A DNA stretch of 64,000 nt from Candidatus Hodarchaeota archaeon (GTDB taxonomy: Archaea > Asgardarchaeota > Lokiarchaeia > Sigyniarchaeales > SOKP01), in NCBI GenBank assembly GCA_048886685.1, contig JBHLKM010000001.1:128001-192000 (forward strand), written 5' to 3'. Positions 36,118 through 47,718 of this stretch are shown one piece after another. How positions within the stretch are numbered: position 1 is the stretch's first letter; each line of letters begins with the position of its first letter. The notes beneath the pieces are model-generated. The model worked only from the letters and a program-made list of their open reading frames with translations, was not told the DNA's origin and did not search any database. A program made the translations under genes and the position numbers.

Positions 36118-37549
36118 TCATTCTTTCTATTTTATTATAAATTCCAATAACTTTTTCCTTCCATTCTGGAAAATTAGCTATTTTTTCCGGAAAAGTTTTA
36201 TAAAGTTTAGATATTTCGTTCATTCTTATCCTAAGATAATTTAAATCTAATAATAAATTTGGACGAGAAATTCCTCTAATTACTTTTACTGCCATGTTAA
36301 TTAAGGATAGGTTTAATCCGCCTTTAGAGGATATTTCTAAAATTTCTTCTCCACTAAGTAAATCACGCTCTAAACCAAAATTTAGGTCATTATTAGTGAG
36401 CTGTTGAAGAACTATTCTCAGTAAATCTAAAGCAGCAAATTCAGCACCAAAACTAGTCATAACGGAATGATTATAATCCCATAACATATCTATTGAATAA
36501 TCTTCTTTTTCAATAGCTTTAATAGCTGAATTAGCGGCATAGAATCCTGCTCTCATTGATGGATCAATTCCACCCCCATGAAGAGGATTCACTTGGCAAG
36601 CCGAATCCCCAACAAACATAATACCATTGTCGGCACAAGACCATAATGGTCTTCTTACTGGAACTACGCCACCTCCAGAAGAAATAATTTCATATTTAGA
36701 TGCTTTAATATACTCCTGAAACACATTTCTTTGGTAAAAATCCTTCACTTTTCCTTTATAATCCATAAAAGTTCCTAATCCAATATTAACCGAAGATTCA
36801 TTTTTTGGAAAATACCATATGTATCCTCCTGGAGCCTTTTCTTGATCAAGAATAATCGATATATATTCAGGATCTTGGACTTCTTGATCTTCTGGTGAAA
36901 ATTTAACTATTTCCCGATAACATAAAATACTATCTTCTTTTGAAATTTTTTTTTCAATTAGAGAACTCTTTATATTTTTTCTTATAGGAGAATAAAAGCC
37001 ACTAGCATCAATTATCAGTTTTGCTTTTAATTCACTTTTTTCTCCACTTTTTAATTTAACTTTTAAACCCTTAACAGTTCCATTATCATATATTAAATCT
37101 AAAGCCATAGTTTTATCTAAAAACTGTTTTATTCCTCCGTCAATAGCCTCGTTCAACAATCTTTGACCAAATTCCAATCTGTTTACAATATATCCTGCTT
37201 GTTTAGGGTCTAACAAAGTAAGGCATTTCTTTAGATTTGGAGAATAAAGTTTTGCCCCCTTAATATGACAAGATAATTCTTCATCTTTAGGATGATTTAT
37301 ATTTAAAAGCTTGAAAATTTCGTTTCCTACAGCATCACCACATATTTTATCTCCAATTTTATCCCTTGGTTTTCTATCAATCAAACATACATCTAAACCA
37401 TTTTTAGCAACAAACCTTGCAGCAGTGGTACCTCCTGTACCAGCTCCAATTACAATAACGTCAAACGATTTTTGTATGTTTTCCATGACAAGAGATCTTT
37501 TTTCTTCACATATTTTTATGAATATTATAAGCAAATTATAAATTTTCAA
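36086..37549 (-). CDS. Digeranylgeranylglycerophospholipid reductase (geranylgeranyl reductase family); probable start ATG at 37486
   Basis: DVIVIGAG.GG, K.CGDA, APGGYIWYFPK, NIGLG, VGDSA.QVNPLHGGGI; in an operon with GGGPS/DGGGPS. Confidence 0.88.
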   Translation of the reverse strand: MKIYNLLIIFIKICEEKRSLVMENIQKSFDVIVIGAGTGGTTAARFVAKNGLDVCLIDRKPRDKIGDKICGDAVGNEIFKLLNINHPKDEELSCHIKGAKLYSPNLKKCLTLLDPKQAGYIVNRLEFGQRLLNEAIDGGIKQFLDKTMALDLIYDNGTVKGLKVKLKSGEKSELKAKLIIDASGFYSPIRKNIKSSLIEKKISKEDSILCYREIVKFSPEDQEVQDPEYISIILDQEKAPGGYIWYFPKNESSVNIGLGTFMDYKGKVKDFYQRNVFQEYIKASKYEIISSGGGVVPVRRPLWSCADNGIMFVGDSACQVNPLHGGGIDPSMRAGFYAANSAIKAIEKEDYSIDMLWDYNHSVMTSFGAEFAALDLLRIVLQQLTNNDLNFGLERDLLSGEEILEISSKGGLNLSLINMAVKVIRGISRPNLLLDLNYLRIRMNEISKLYKTFPEKIANFPEWKEKVIGIYNKIERMIVKTKKGKQI

Positions 37550-37554
37550 ACAAA

Positions 37555-38316
37555 TTATAATAAAGTTAATAGATATATAATTAAGGTACTTCCTAAAGGA
37601 ACTGTTAAATCATCATAAGTGCTGGGAGAAATTAATTCGATTATTGTAGCAATTGCACCAGTGATTAGAGAATAAATTATGATAGTAGCAAAAGATAATG
37701 GTTCTTGCAAAGTTGGAATGAGTAATCCGTATAAGTAAAAAGCTATAAAACAAACCAAAAAAGCTGTTAAAAAGAATGTTGCAGATCCTTCAAGTGTTCT
37801 GTGTGAATTTGTCCACGGTAAACTTATTCCCATCTTACCCCATCGTTTTCCTATGACTGAAGCTAGTGTATCAGCAACTATCATTATCAATACTCCAGCG
37901 ATAGGAAAATAAAAGTTATCAGGTGCAACAATCCCAAAAATAAATACTAGAAAGGTAATTGAAAGACAGTAGAAAAAAGGCCCTTGAAGAAAAGCTCTAT
38001 TTAAACCTTCTTCTTGTTCTTCAGATATGGCATCATATAAATCTTTTAATTGTTTTATTTTAGATTCTTTTGAACTAAAATACACGAATATTGTTAAAGT
38101 TCCTGCTATAATGGATGGCCAAAATGGCCAAAAGTAAAACGGTGAACTTAAAATTGCTAATCCTGCGAACATGTGAACTGCTTTACGTGCAGAGAATTTG
38201 GAAATTTTTTCTTTTTTATATAGAGTTAATGGTATAAAGATTGTAAGAAGAATGTAAATATAAGCAATTAATACAACAAGTAAGTCCCATAAGAAATTAT
38301 AAGGCATAATGAACAT
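37555..38316 (-). CDS. CTP-dependent polyprenol/diacylglycerol kinase family protein (phytol/dolichol kinase-like)
   Basis: ARKAVH, GPFFY, ADTLASVIGKRWG, RTLEGS, ELISP..DDLTVPL; multi-TM. Confidence 0.85.
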   Translation of the reverse strand: MFIMPYNFLWDLLVVLIAYIYILLTIFIPLTLYKKEKISKFSARKAVHMFAGLAILSSPFYFWPFWPSIIAGTLTIFVYFSSKESKIKQLKDLYDAISEEQEEGLNRAFLQGPFFYCLSITFLVFIFGIVAPDNFYFPIAGVLIMIVADTLASVIGKRWGKMGISLPWTNSHRTLEGSATFFLTAFLVCFIAFYLYGLLIPTLQEPLSFATIIIYSLITGAIATIIELISPSTYDDLTVPLGSTLIIYLLTLL

Positions 38317-38450
38317 TTTAATCTATTAATAAACCAAAAAAGAATTCTTACCAATAAAATCTTACTACCAAATGAGAGTTTACGAATTCTCCGAATCTTA
38401 TTCGTATAAGAAAAGCAAAATATTCTAAGATAAAATTACAATGAAAATTA

Positions 38451-39644
38451 TTATAGATCGATTGGTGGTAAGGGGGGCACTATATCATATTTCCACTCAT
38501 CTACAATAGGATAAGTCCACCAATGTTTGGGAATTTCTGCATATACTCCATATTTCTTCAAACCTTCACTGAAGGCATTTATATTTGCTTCAGGAGCTTG
38601 AATATGATCTACTTGAGGGTAGAAATATGCACCAAATCCCCCTTTTCGAGTTCCCAGATTGCGAACCATATGCCACACTTCTCGTTCGCATTCTTCTGGT
38701 GTACCTAATGTATAAATCGATTGAATATTGATACATCCCCACATCATTATCTTTCCACGAAATTGACTCAATTCAGGGTATCCTGTCATCCGAGGACTGT
38801 CCAGTTCTAAAGCATCTAATCCCCAATCAATTAATAAAGAGATTATTGGATCTATTTTCCCACAACAATGAATATGAAAATCACATTCTAAATCGTGTGC
38901 TGTAGCAATGAGTCGTTTATAAACAGGTTTATAAAATTCTTCGAATAACTTCGGGCTAAAAAATGGTCCCTTTTGTTCTCCTAAATCGTCGTATAATACA
39001 AAACCATGAGGTTTTGCACCATATTTTACCCACATTTTTTCTTGATCCACGTAAATATCCGTTACATATTTTAGAAGTTTCTTGAGTTCAGTTTTATTCT
39101 TAAAATGATCCAGAAGAAATTTGGAAAATCCTACCATCTGACTGGCAATTTGAAATGGTCCAAGGCCCAAATTACACATACGATATTTATTTTTTGCTTG
39201 TTCCTTGCTTCTCTGAACCATGAAGGAATATCGATCTTCTTCATCAAAATTTGGTGTATTTTTCTCAAAATATTCATCCAATTTATTATAATCTGTCAGT
39301 GAAGGTCTTCCAGGATGTCCCATAGTATTAACGCCGCCCATTATCCATATTGTCCCAAACTCATCAATTTCTTCCCTTGGTAAACTAAACCAATCCTTAT
39401 ATTTTGGATCTTTTGCCCATTCTGGAGTATCCCATTTCCACAATCCGTATCTTATTAGGTATTCAGGGATGTGAGGAAACAAATCTTTTTCATTTTCACT
39501 ATGTCCAGGTCGCCAATTTTTGGAAGGCAAAGAAATAAGTGTATAAACATCACTTCCTTTAGTGAATTTCCAAACAGGAACTTTATCTGGACCTTTGAAA
39601 TTGAGAGCTGCTTTTATACGTTCTATCGAGTTTAAAGCTTCCAC
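38451..39644 (-). CDS. Uroporphyrinogen decarboxylase (URO-D/MtaA-like) family protein
   Basis: ERIKAAL....PDKVP, DEFG..W, YDDLG.Q..P.FSP, HIHCCGK, WGCINIQ, APEANINA. Confidence 0.8.
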   Translation of the reverse strand: MEALNSIERIKAALNFKGPDKVPVWKFTKGSDVYTLISLPSKNWRPGHSENEKDLFPHIPEYLIRYGLWKWDTPEWAKDPKYKDWFSLPREEIDEFGTIWIMGGVNTMGHPGRPSLTDYNKLDEYFEKNTPNFDEEDRYSFMVQRSKEQAKNKYRMCNLGLGPFQIASQMVGFSKFLLDHFKNKTELKKLLKYVTDIYVDQEKMWVKYGAKPHGFVLYDDLGEQKGPFFSPKLFEEFYKPVYKRLIATAHDLECDFHIHCCGKIDPIISLLIDWGLDALELDSPRMTGYPELSQFRGKIMMWGCINIQSIYTLGTPEECEREVWHMVRNLGTRKGGFGAYFYPQVDHIQAPEANINAFSEGLKKYGVYAEIPKHWWTYPIVDEWKYDIVPPLPPIDL

Positions 39645-39792
39645 CTTTAAAAAAAGATTTATATTTGACTGTATTAAATCAAAATTTCATTAAAACTTTT
39701 ATTAAGAGTAAAAGAATGACAAAAAAGTTATTTATTCCAGTGCGATTCATAAAGCTTTAAGATGGAAAAACACTCTATCACAAAATATTTAA

Positions 39793-41181
<1,389 letters not shown>

Positions 41182-41429
41182 GGATTAATGTCTCCTAATT
41201 ATTTATTACTCTTCATTTTTTACTGGATATGGTGTTTTTGAAGGCAAATCAATGTAATTTCCATTAGATCTAAAATCATTTTAACCTTTTCCCGAAAAGA
41301 TTTATCAAGAAACCAAGGATCTGGGTTTTCCAGAGAGATTTTTTAACTATTATAAACTATACAGTAAATAAATTATAGAAAAATAAAAAAAAAGAAAATT
41401 AATGGATGATTTTTCCAAAAAGAAAACAA

Positions 41430-41867
41430 CTATTCAAGAAATTCTTCTCCTAACTCCATAGCTAAGCTTAGAACCTCTCCATACGCAATTGCGTCCTGAA
41501 GATTTCCTTCAATAACAAGATCACCAGACATATATGCACTAGTTGAATCAATTTCACCTGAAGCTAATCCAGCCCAAGTAGCCTGGGTTGCCTTCATAGT
41601 AACACTTGCCTCATCACTTACGCCTTCTGCATAATCTACTACACCTTCACCAAAGCTTACCCAATATTTATAATCTATATCAGTTACTTCCATTTGGGCA
41701 ATTAATTTATCCATGTCTTCTAGTTCTTCTTTTAATTCTTCATTTTCTTGTCCAAGTTGCTTTATAAATTCATACATTTTAAGAGCATCAGAAGGTTCGC
41801 CTGGACCTTTTTCTCTCATATCTTTTAAATCTTTTATTAAACTTTCGTCAACCATTTTGTTTACCAA
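41430..41867 (-). CDS. SCP2 sterol/lipid-binding domain protein
   Basis: C-terminal TW..LASGEID...AYMSGDLVIEGNL..A pattern. Confidence 0.82.
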   Translation of the reverse strand: MVNKMVDESLIKDLKDMREKGPGEPSDALKMYEFIKQLGQENEELKEELEDMDKLIAQMEVTDIDYKYWVSFGEGVVDYAEGVSDEASVTMKATQATWAGLASGEIDSTSAYMSGDLVIEGNLQDAIAYGEVLSLAMELGEEFLE

Positions 41868-41997
41868 CCTTATTTTTTTTTTTTGAAAAAAAAGTTTGTT
41901 ATAGCATGCAATGTCAATTTATTTTAAAGTTTTATTTTAAAATTTTTATGGGAGGATAATGGGTAATTGTAGTAAGAGAGTAATCCAACAAGTTAAT

Positions 41998-43206
41998 TCA
42001 TCTTAGACAGCAATCTTTATACTTTTTTCCACTTCCACATGGACATGGTGAATTACGACCAATTTTTTTCGCTTTAATTTGATTAGATGAATTAATTTGA
42101 CTATTAGACTTTATCTTATTAGCTATAATTTTAAAACGAGGTAAAGTATTAGTATAAAACTTCTTCCACCCTCTACATAAAATACTTAATGCTTTCGGAA
42201 AATTTTTTCCATTGCTTCGAAATTTCTGACAATCTCCATGGCAAATATTAAGGAATGGACAACTGTTACATGTATTATTCCATTTTGCTTTTTGGGAACC
42301 AAAACTATGATATTTTGTTGAATTAATAAAATCATCCCATTTATTTGTTTTTACATTACCTAACAGTAGATCTTTACGTACAAAAAAATCACACGGGTAA
42401 ACGCTACCATCATATTCCACTACGAAATATTGACAACAATTATTTCCCATATAGCAAACACTATAATTTCCATGTACTAAATAATTTAAGATTGAATCAA
42501 ATAGGCGAATAGAGACTTTATTTATATCACTTTTTATCCACTGTTCAAATATTTCGCACAGAAAATCCCCCCATTCTTCGCCCGTAATTGAATAGGGTTC
42601 GAGATTACCATTTTGGTCAAATTCAACACAAGGTATATATTGATGGTAAAAAAATTCATTTCCTTTCAAATATTGATAAATCTCGGAAGCTTCCTTAACA
42701 GTTTTATTATTCACTAAAGTAAGTATGTTGAATTCAACTTTAAATTTTCTTAAACGTTCTATTCCTTGCATAACTAAGGAATGTGTAGGGGTATGACCAA
42801 TCGTCTTCCTATAGAAATCGTGGAGGCGAGGAGGACCATCAAGACTCACACCGAGAAGAAACCTATATTCAGCAAAAAATTTCGCCATTTCATCCGTAAT
42901 TAGAGTTCCATTTGTCTGGAGTCCATTGCTTATAACTGCTCCTGGGGGCGCATATTTAGTTTGAAGTTCTACGGCTTTTTCCCAAAATTTTAGTCCCAAT
43001 AGTGTGGGTTCACCTCCCTGCCAACCAAAAGCATATTGTTTGTTTTGATCGGTCTTCATATAACTTGCAATCATAGTTTCTAATGTACTTTCTGACATTC
43101 TAGGATTTTTTTCTACATTGTCTAGATGATCAATATAAAAACAATACTCACATCGCAGATTACAGTCTGCGGAGACAGGTTTTATCAATAAAGAAAAATT
43201 TTTCAT
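41998..43206 (-). CDS. Anaerobic sulfatase maturase (radical SAM/SPASM) with C-terminal SEC-C motif
   Basis: KPVSADCNLRCEYCFY, WQGGEPTL, QTNGTL, SLDGP..LHD.YR, YPCDFFV, CxxC...CHGDC; GRNSPCPCGSGKKYKDCC. Confidence 0.93.
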   Translation of the reverse strand: MKNFSLLIKPVSADCNLRCEYCFYIDHLDNVEKNPRMSESTLETMIASYMKTDQNKQYAFGWQGGEPTLLGLKFWEKAVELQTKYAPPGAVISNGLQTNGTLITDEMAKFFAEYRFLLGVSLDGPPRLHDFYRKTIGHTPTHSLVMQGIERLRKFKVEFNILTLVNNKTVKEASEIYQYLKGNEFFYHQYIPCVEFDQNGNLEPYSITGEEWGDFLCEIFEQWIKSDINKVSIRLFDSILNYLVHGNYSVCYMGNNCCQYFVVEYDGSVYPCDFFVRKDLLLGNVKTNKWDDFINSTKYHSFGSQKAKWNNTCNSCPFLNICHGDCQKFRSNGKNFPKALSILCRGWKKFYTNTLPRFKIIANKIKSNSQINSSNQIKAKKIGRNSPCPCGSGKKYKDCCLR

Positions 43207-43238
43207 TTTTATTTTGTTCTAAACACTTCATTTTAAAT

Positions 43239-45014
43239 TTATTTGCCCTTAGTTTTGACTAATTTTGACATATTTCTAAATAGTGAGATATATCTTTCTG
43301 GGAGGAGCTTCTCGATCATGTTAACTAATAAGTCCTCATCTATTTCAGTAATATCCTTATTCTTAATCTCTTTTTCTAATTGTAATATTATTTGTTTTTG
43401 GACAACAGAAGGAACAAAACCCATAATAAGAGAATACATACTATTTCCTTTTTCATTCCATACAATTTCAGTATTCCCGATCTTGTCTTTGATTCCTGAC
43501 CGATTTTCAATCAAATCTAAATGAATCGGTTTAATTTCATTATCATATGGAATTCCAAGACGTTCAAATTGTTCTACTGGTGAATCGTTCTTTTTCATAG
43601 CTTCAACCATAGCCTTGATCATCCTATTTTCGATTTCAGAATCAATTATTGGATTTTCTTGGTGAGGATCATTTTGAAGATCAAAAAGCAAACTACCAAA
43701 AATATAAGGATTTATATATCTATGTCTTGTCTTAGTTCTTATAAGCTTAGATCCCTTTGTAAAACTAAACTGATCAGCTAAAGTCATTGTCTTCAACTCA
43801 TTAATTGAAAAAAATCCACGCATGTGGGTAGGTATAAGTGTATATTCATAAAGTGGTTGATTTAGACCATTTATAGGGCCTCTCATGTAGACAAATCTCC
43901 CATCTGTAATGTTCACATGAGCACCGTGAGTTCCAAATAAGGCATAATCCCTTATCTTAGCATCTGAATTAATAGTTTCTTTTAGAACTTTACCTTGCAT
44001 ATCTTTTGTTCGTTCAATCCCAAAAAATTCCAGAATTGTGGGGACTATATCAGTTGTTTGTGCAAGAGCATTCCTTCTCTCATTCTTTTTCTTAGATCTC
44101 GGATCCCAAATAAATAAAGGTATATTAGCTATTTCATTATAGATCGGTTGTACTACCTTTGCCCACCAATCTTTTTCGCCTAGAAGAAAGCCATGATCGG
44201 TTGTAACTATAAGCATGGTATCTTTCCACATATCATTTTCATCCATTACATCCAGAATCTTGCCAAGGTAAGTATCACACATACTTATTGAGGCAGCATA
44301 TTCTTTACGAACATGTTGTACTTGTTCTTCAGTTTCTGTTACTATACCGTAATTGGGCCAATCGAAATGTGGTCCGTTATATTCATGTTTATATAAATCT
44401 TTATATTTCTGTTGGGTAAAGAAGGGTTCATGAGGATCAAATGTTTCGATATGGAGAAACCAATTATCTTCCATATGATTTTTTTTAATAAACTCCATTC
44501 CTAGTTTAAAAGTTACAGCTTGAGGTTGGTCTTCTTCTTTTTGCATATATTTTCTATTTACCCAATCCTGACGCCAATGAGGCCAATTTTGACGCATATT
44601 AGGTACAGAATCAGGGATATCAGGATTATGTACCTCTCCTTTCCAAGGATCCCCCTCATGTCCCCGAGCAATTTCCCATGAATTATACCTACTATGATAT
44701 GTTGCCCCTCCATCTTCCCAATAATGGTAGTGATCACTTATAAGATGGGAATACACACCATTATTCTTTAAAATCTCAGGCATTGAATCATCAAAGGGTT
44801 CTAAAGGCCCCCAACTTCTATGTAGAAAATTGTGCCTTCCAGTATGTAGTTCTCTTCTAGCAGGAATGCACATTAAACTACCAGAATAACAATTGTCAAA
44901 AATAACCGTTTTTTCTGCTAATCTTTTAAAATTTGGTGCATGAACCCAATTATTCCCATAAGGTGGTAAAAAACGCCTATTTAAGGTATCAAAAAGAATA
45001 AATATTACTTTCAT
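43239..45014 (-). CDS. Cys-type (formylglycine) sulfatase with extra C-terminal helical domain
   Basis: FDTL, CIPARRELHTGR (CxPxR), FDPHEPF, TTDHG, LFDL..DP.Q; adjacent to the maturase. Confidence 0.92.
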   Translation of the reverse strand: MKVIFILFDTLNRRFLPPYGNNWVHAPNFKRLAEKTVIFDNCYSGSLMCIPARRELHTGRHNFLHRSWGPLEPFDDSMPEILKNNGVYSHLISDHYHYWEDGGATYHSRYNSWEIARGHEGDPWKGEVHNPDIPDSVPNMRQNWPHWRQDWVNRKYMQKEEDQPQAVTFKLGMEFIKKNHMEDNWFLHIETFDPHEPFFTQQKYKDLYKHEYNGPHFDWPNYGIVTETEEQVQHVRKEYAASISMCDTYLGKILDVMDENDMWKDTMLIVTTDHGFLLGEKDWWAKVVQPIYNEIANIPLFIWDPRSKKKNERRNALAQTTDIVPTILEFFGIERTKDMQGKVLKETINSDAKIRDYALFGTHGAHVNITDGRFVYMRGPINGLNQPLYEYTLIPTHMRGFFSINELKTMTLADQFSFTKGSKLIRTKTRHRYINPYIFGSLLFDLQNDPHQENPIIDSEIENRMIKAMVEAMKKNDSPVEQFERLGIPYDNEIKPIHLDLIENRSGIKDKIGNTEIVWNEKGNSMYSLIMGFVPSVVQKQIILQLEKEIKNKDITEIDEDLLVNMIEKLLPERYISLFRNMSKLVKTKGK

Positions 45015-45186
45015 GTTTTTCTACGAAAAGTATTTGTTATTAGTAATGTTTAGCTTATTTTAATCTTATTTTTTAATATATATAATTTGAATTTATGAAA
45101 ATTTTTAATTTTAAGCTGACTTTCAAAATTAATAAAATTTGTTAGTAGAGATAATTGGGAATAACTAATTATTTTTCAATAAACCT

Positions 45187-45948
45187 ATGTTTAAGCATGC
45201 CATTGTGAGAAAAGTCTCAAAAAATTTTCAACAAGGTTTAAGTTCATCTAAACTAGGAAAGCCTAATTATAGAAAGACTATTATTCAGCATTCAAATTAT
45301 ATTAAAGCTTTAAACAAATGCGGTCTGAAGGTTTTGACATTAGAAGCAGATGATAGATTTCCAGACTCAACGTTTATTGAAGATACAGCAGTGATTAATG
45401 AGGATGTAGCAATTATTGCAAATTTAGGCGCAATAAGCAGGAAGGGTGAAGAAATAGAAATTAAAAATGTTCTGGATAGATTTTATGATAATGTTGAATC
45501 TATAGAAGAACCAGGAACTTTGGATGGAGGTGATGTTCTTAGAGTAGAGGATCAATATTTTGTTGGGATCTCTCAGCGAACAAATAAAGCAGGAGCATTA
45601 CGATTGAAAGATCTCTTAAAGAAATATGGATATTCTTGCTCATTAGTTAAATTAAAAGAGGTACTTCACTTAAAAACTGGATTAGCTTATATTGGAGACA
45701 ACAACTTGGTCAGTTCTGGGGAATTTATAGATAATCCTCTTTTTCAAGATTATAATATAATCAAAGTTGATGAGGATGAGAGTTATGCTGCTAATTGTAT
45801 AAGAGTTAATGATTATGTGTTAATTGCTGAAGGTTATAATAAGTTAATAGATTCAATTTCAAACCTAGGATATCAACTAATTAAACTTGATATGACTGAA
45901 TTTAGAAAGATGGATGGAGGACTTTCCTGTTTATCTTTAAGATTTTAG
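45187..45948 (+). CDS. Dimethylarginine dimethylaminohydrolase (amidinotransferase superfamily)
   Basis: FPDSTFIEDTA, SRKGE, LDGGDV, S.RTN..G, HLKT, F.KMDGGLSCLSLR. Confidence 0.9.
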   Translation: MFKHAIVRKVSKNFQQGLSSSKLGKPNYRKTIIQHSNYIKALNKCGLKVLTLEADDRFPDSTFIEDTAVINEDVAIIANLGAISRKGEEIEIKNVLDRFYDNVESIEEPGTLDGGDVLRVEDQYFVGISQRTNKAGALRLKDLLKKYGYSCSLVKLKEVLHLKTGLAYIGDNNLVSSGEFIDNPLFQDYNIIKVDEDESYAANCIRVNDYVLIAEGYNKLIDSISNLGYQLIKLDMTEFRKMDGGLSCLSLRF

Positions 45949-46039
45949 GATTTGTTAAACTATTCTAAATATTTTAATTTAATTTCCTAAATTGAATAAC
46001 ATAGCAAATTTGATTAATTAAATAAATTTATAATTCTCA

Positions 46040-47707
46040 ATGTCAGTAAATCAAGATGAATTAGATCTAAGAAAGGCATATGAGAGAGCATTATATTATG
46101 GATGTGGTTATTCTCCAGATGATCTAAAGAAACCCAGAATCGCAATAGTTAATTCATGGAATGAAATTAATCCAGGTCATATTCACCTACGGAAATTAGC
46201 TGAATTTGTTAAAGAAGGTGTTAGAGAAGCAGGTGGTACTCCTATGGAATTTAACACAATAGCTTCTTGTGATGGAATCGCTAATTCAAGTAATTTTTCT
46301 AAATTTATTTTACCCTCTCGAGAAGTAATAGCAGCTTCAGTTGAGTGCACTATTAAAGCATATGATTTTAATGGAATGGTAATGTTGAGTTCTTGCGATA
46401 AAATTATTCCAGGAATGTTATTAGCTGCTGCTAGATGTAATATCCCTACGGTATTTTTAACAGGAGGAATAATGGAAGCAAAATTTTTTGAAAATGGTCC
46501 TCTTAAAGGAAAAACTTATGTAACTTCTGATATAAAAGAGGCAATTGGTAAATATATGGCAGGTAAATTAACTAAAGATGAATTTTTCTTGATAGAATCT
46601 CAAACCTGCTGCTCTCCTGGAGCATGTAATATGATGGGTACTGCAAATACGATGGCCTGTATAGTAGAAGCAATGGGACTTTCATTGCCTGGTTGTGCTA
46701 CTATGAGTGCTATTAGTGAGGAAAGAGAAGATTTATCAAAAGCTTCCGGTAGAATCATTATGAATCTAGTTGAGGAAAATGTTAAAGCATTAGATTTTAT
46801 CACCCATGAATCTATTGAAAATGCAATAAAAGTCGCCTTATCTTTTGGAGGTTCTACAAATATGGTTTTACATATGTGTGCTTTATCCCATGAGATTGGA
46901 GGGTCCCTAAGTCATTTTGATTTTGATGAATTAAGTAAATCTGTTCCACTGTTGGCGAAATTCAAACCAAGCTCAGAATATAACCTCACTGAATTTCATG
47001 AAGCGGGTGGTGTCGGTGTTTTAATGAAGAAATTATCATATGTATTAGATTTGTCTACTAAAAATGTTTTAGGGAATACATTAAAAGAATACTTAGACTC
47101 CGTTGAGATTCATGATTATCATATAATTCGCAATTTTGAAGATCCTATAGATAGTAAAGGAGGTATAGCTGTTTTAAAAGGAAATTTAGCCCCAGAGGGT
47201 GCTCTTGTAAAACAAAGTGCTGTAAATGCCAAGATGAGATATCATAAAGGACCTGCTCGAGTATTTGAATGTGAAGAGGATCTTAGAGATGCTCTGATTT
47301 CGAACCAAGTGAAACCTGGAGATGTCTTAGTGATTCGTTATGAGGGTCCGAAAGGTTCTCCAGGAATGAGAGAATTATCTATACCCGCGGCTATGCTTGT
47401 AGGGATGGGATTAAGTGATTTTGTAGCGATGATTACTGACGGTCGATATTCGGGGGCTACGCGAGGACTCTGTATAGGGCATGTATGTCCTGAAGCATAT
47501 GTGGGGGGACCTATAGCTATAGTGGAAAATGGGGATGAAATTGAAATTGATTTTGATAATCGAAAATTAGACTTATTGATCCCTCATAAAGAAATGAAAA
47601 AGAGGTTAAAAGAATGGAAAAGACCTGAACCAAGATTTATAACAGGTTATTTAAACACTTATAGAAAAATAGTAAGCTCTGCGAAAAATGGAGCATATTT
47701 ACAATGA
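46040..47707 (+). CDS. ilvD: Dihydroxy-acid dehydratase (IlvD/Edd family)
   Basis: [72 protein letters not shown]. Confidence 0.9.
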   Translation: MSVNQDELDLRKAYERALYYGCGYSPDDLKKPRIAIVNSWNEINPGHIHLRKLAEFVKEGVREAGGTPMEFNTIASCDGIANSSNFSKFILPSREVIAASVECTIKAYDFNGMVMLSSCDKIIPGMLLAAARCNIPTVFLTGGIMEAKFFENGPLKGKTYVTSDIKEAIGKYMAGKLTKDEFFLIESQTCCSPGACNMMGTANTMACIVEAMGLSLPGCATMSAISEEREDLSKASGRIIMNLVEENVKALDFITHESIENAIKVALSFGGSTNMVLHMCALSHEIGGSLSHFDFDELSKSVPLLAKFKPSSEYNLTEFHEAGGVGVLMKKLSYVLDLSTKNVLGNTLKEYLDSVEIHDYHIIRNFEDPIDSKGGIAVLKGNLAPEGALVKQSAVNAKMRYHKGPARVFECEEDLRDALISNQVKPGDVLVIRYEGPKGSPGMRELSIPAAMLVGMGLSDFVAMITDGRYSGATRGLCIGHVCPEAYVGGPIAIVENGDEIEIDFDNRKLDLLIPHKEMKKRLKEWKRPEPRFITGYLNTYRKIVSSAKNGAYLQ

Positions 47708-47718
47708 ATAGTTGAACT

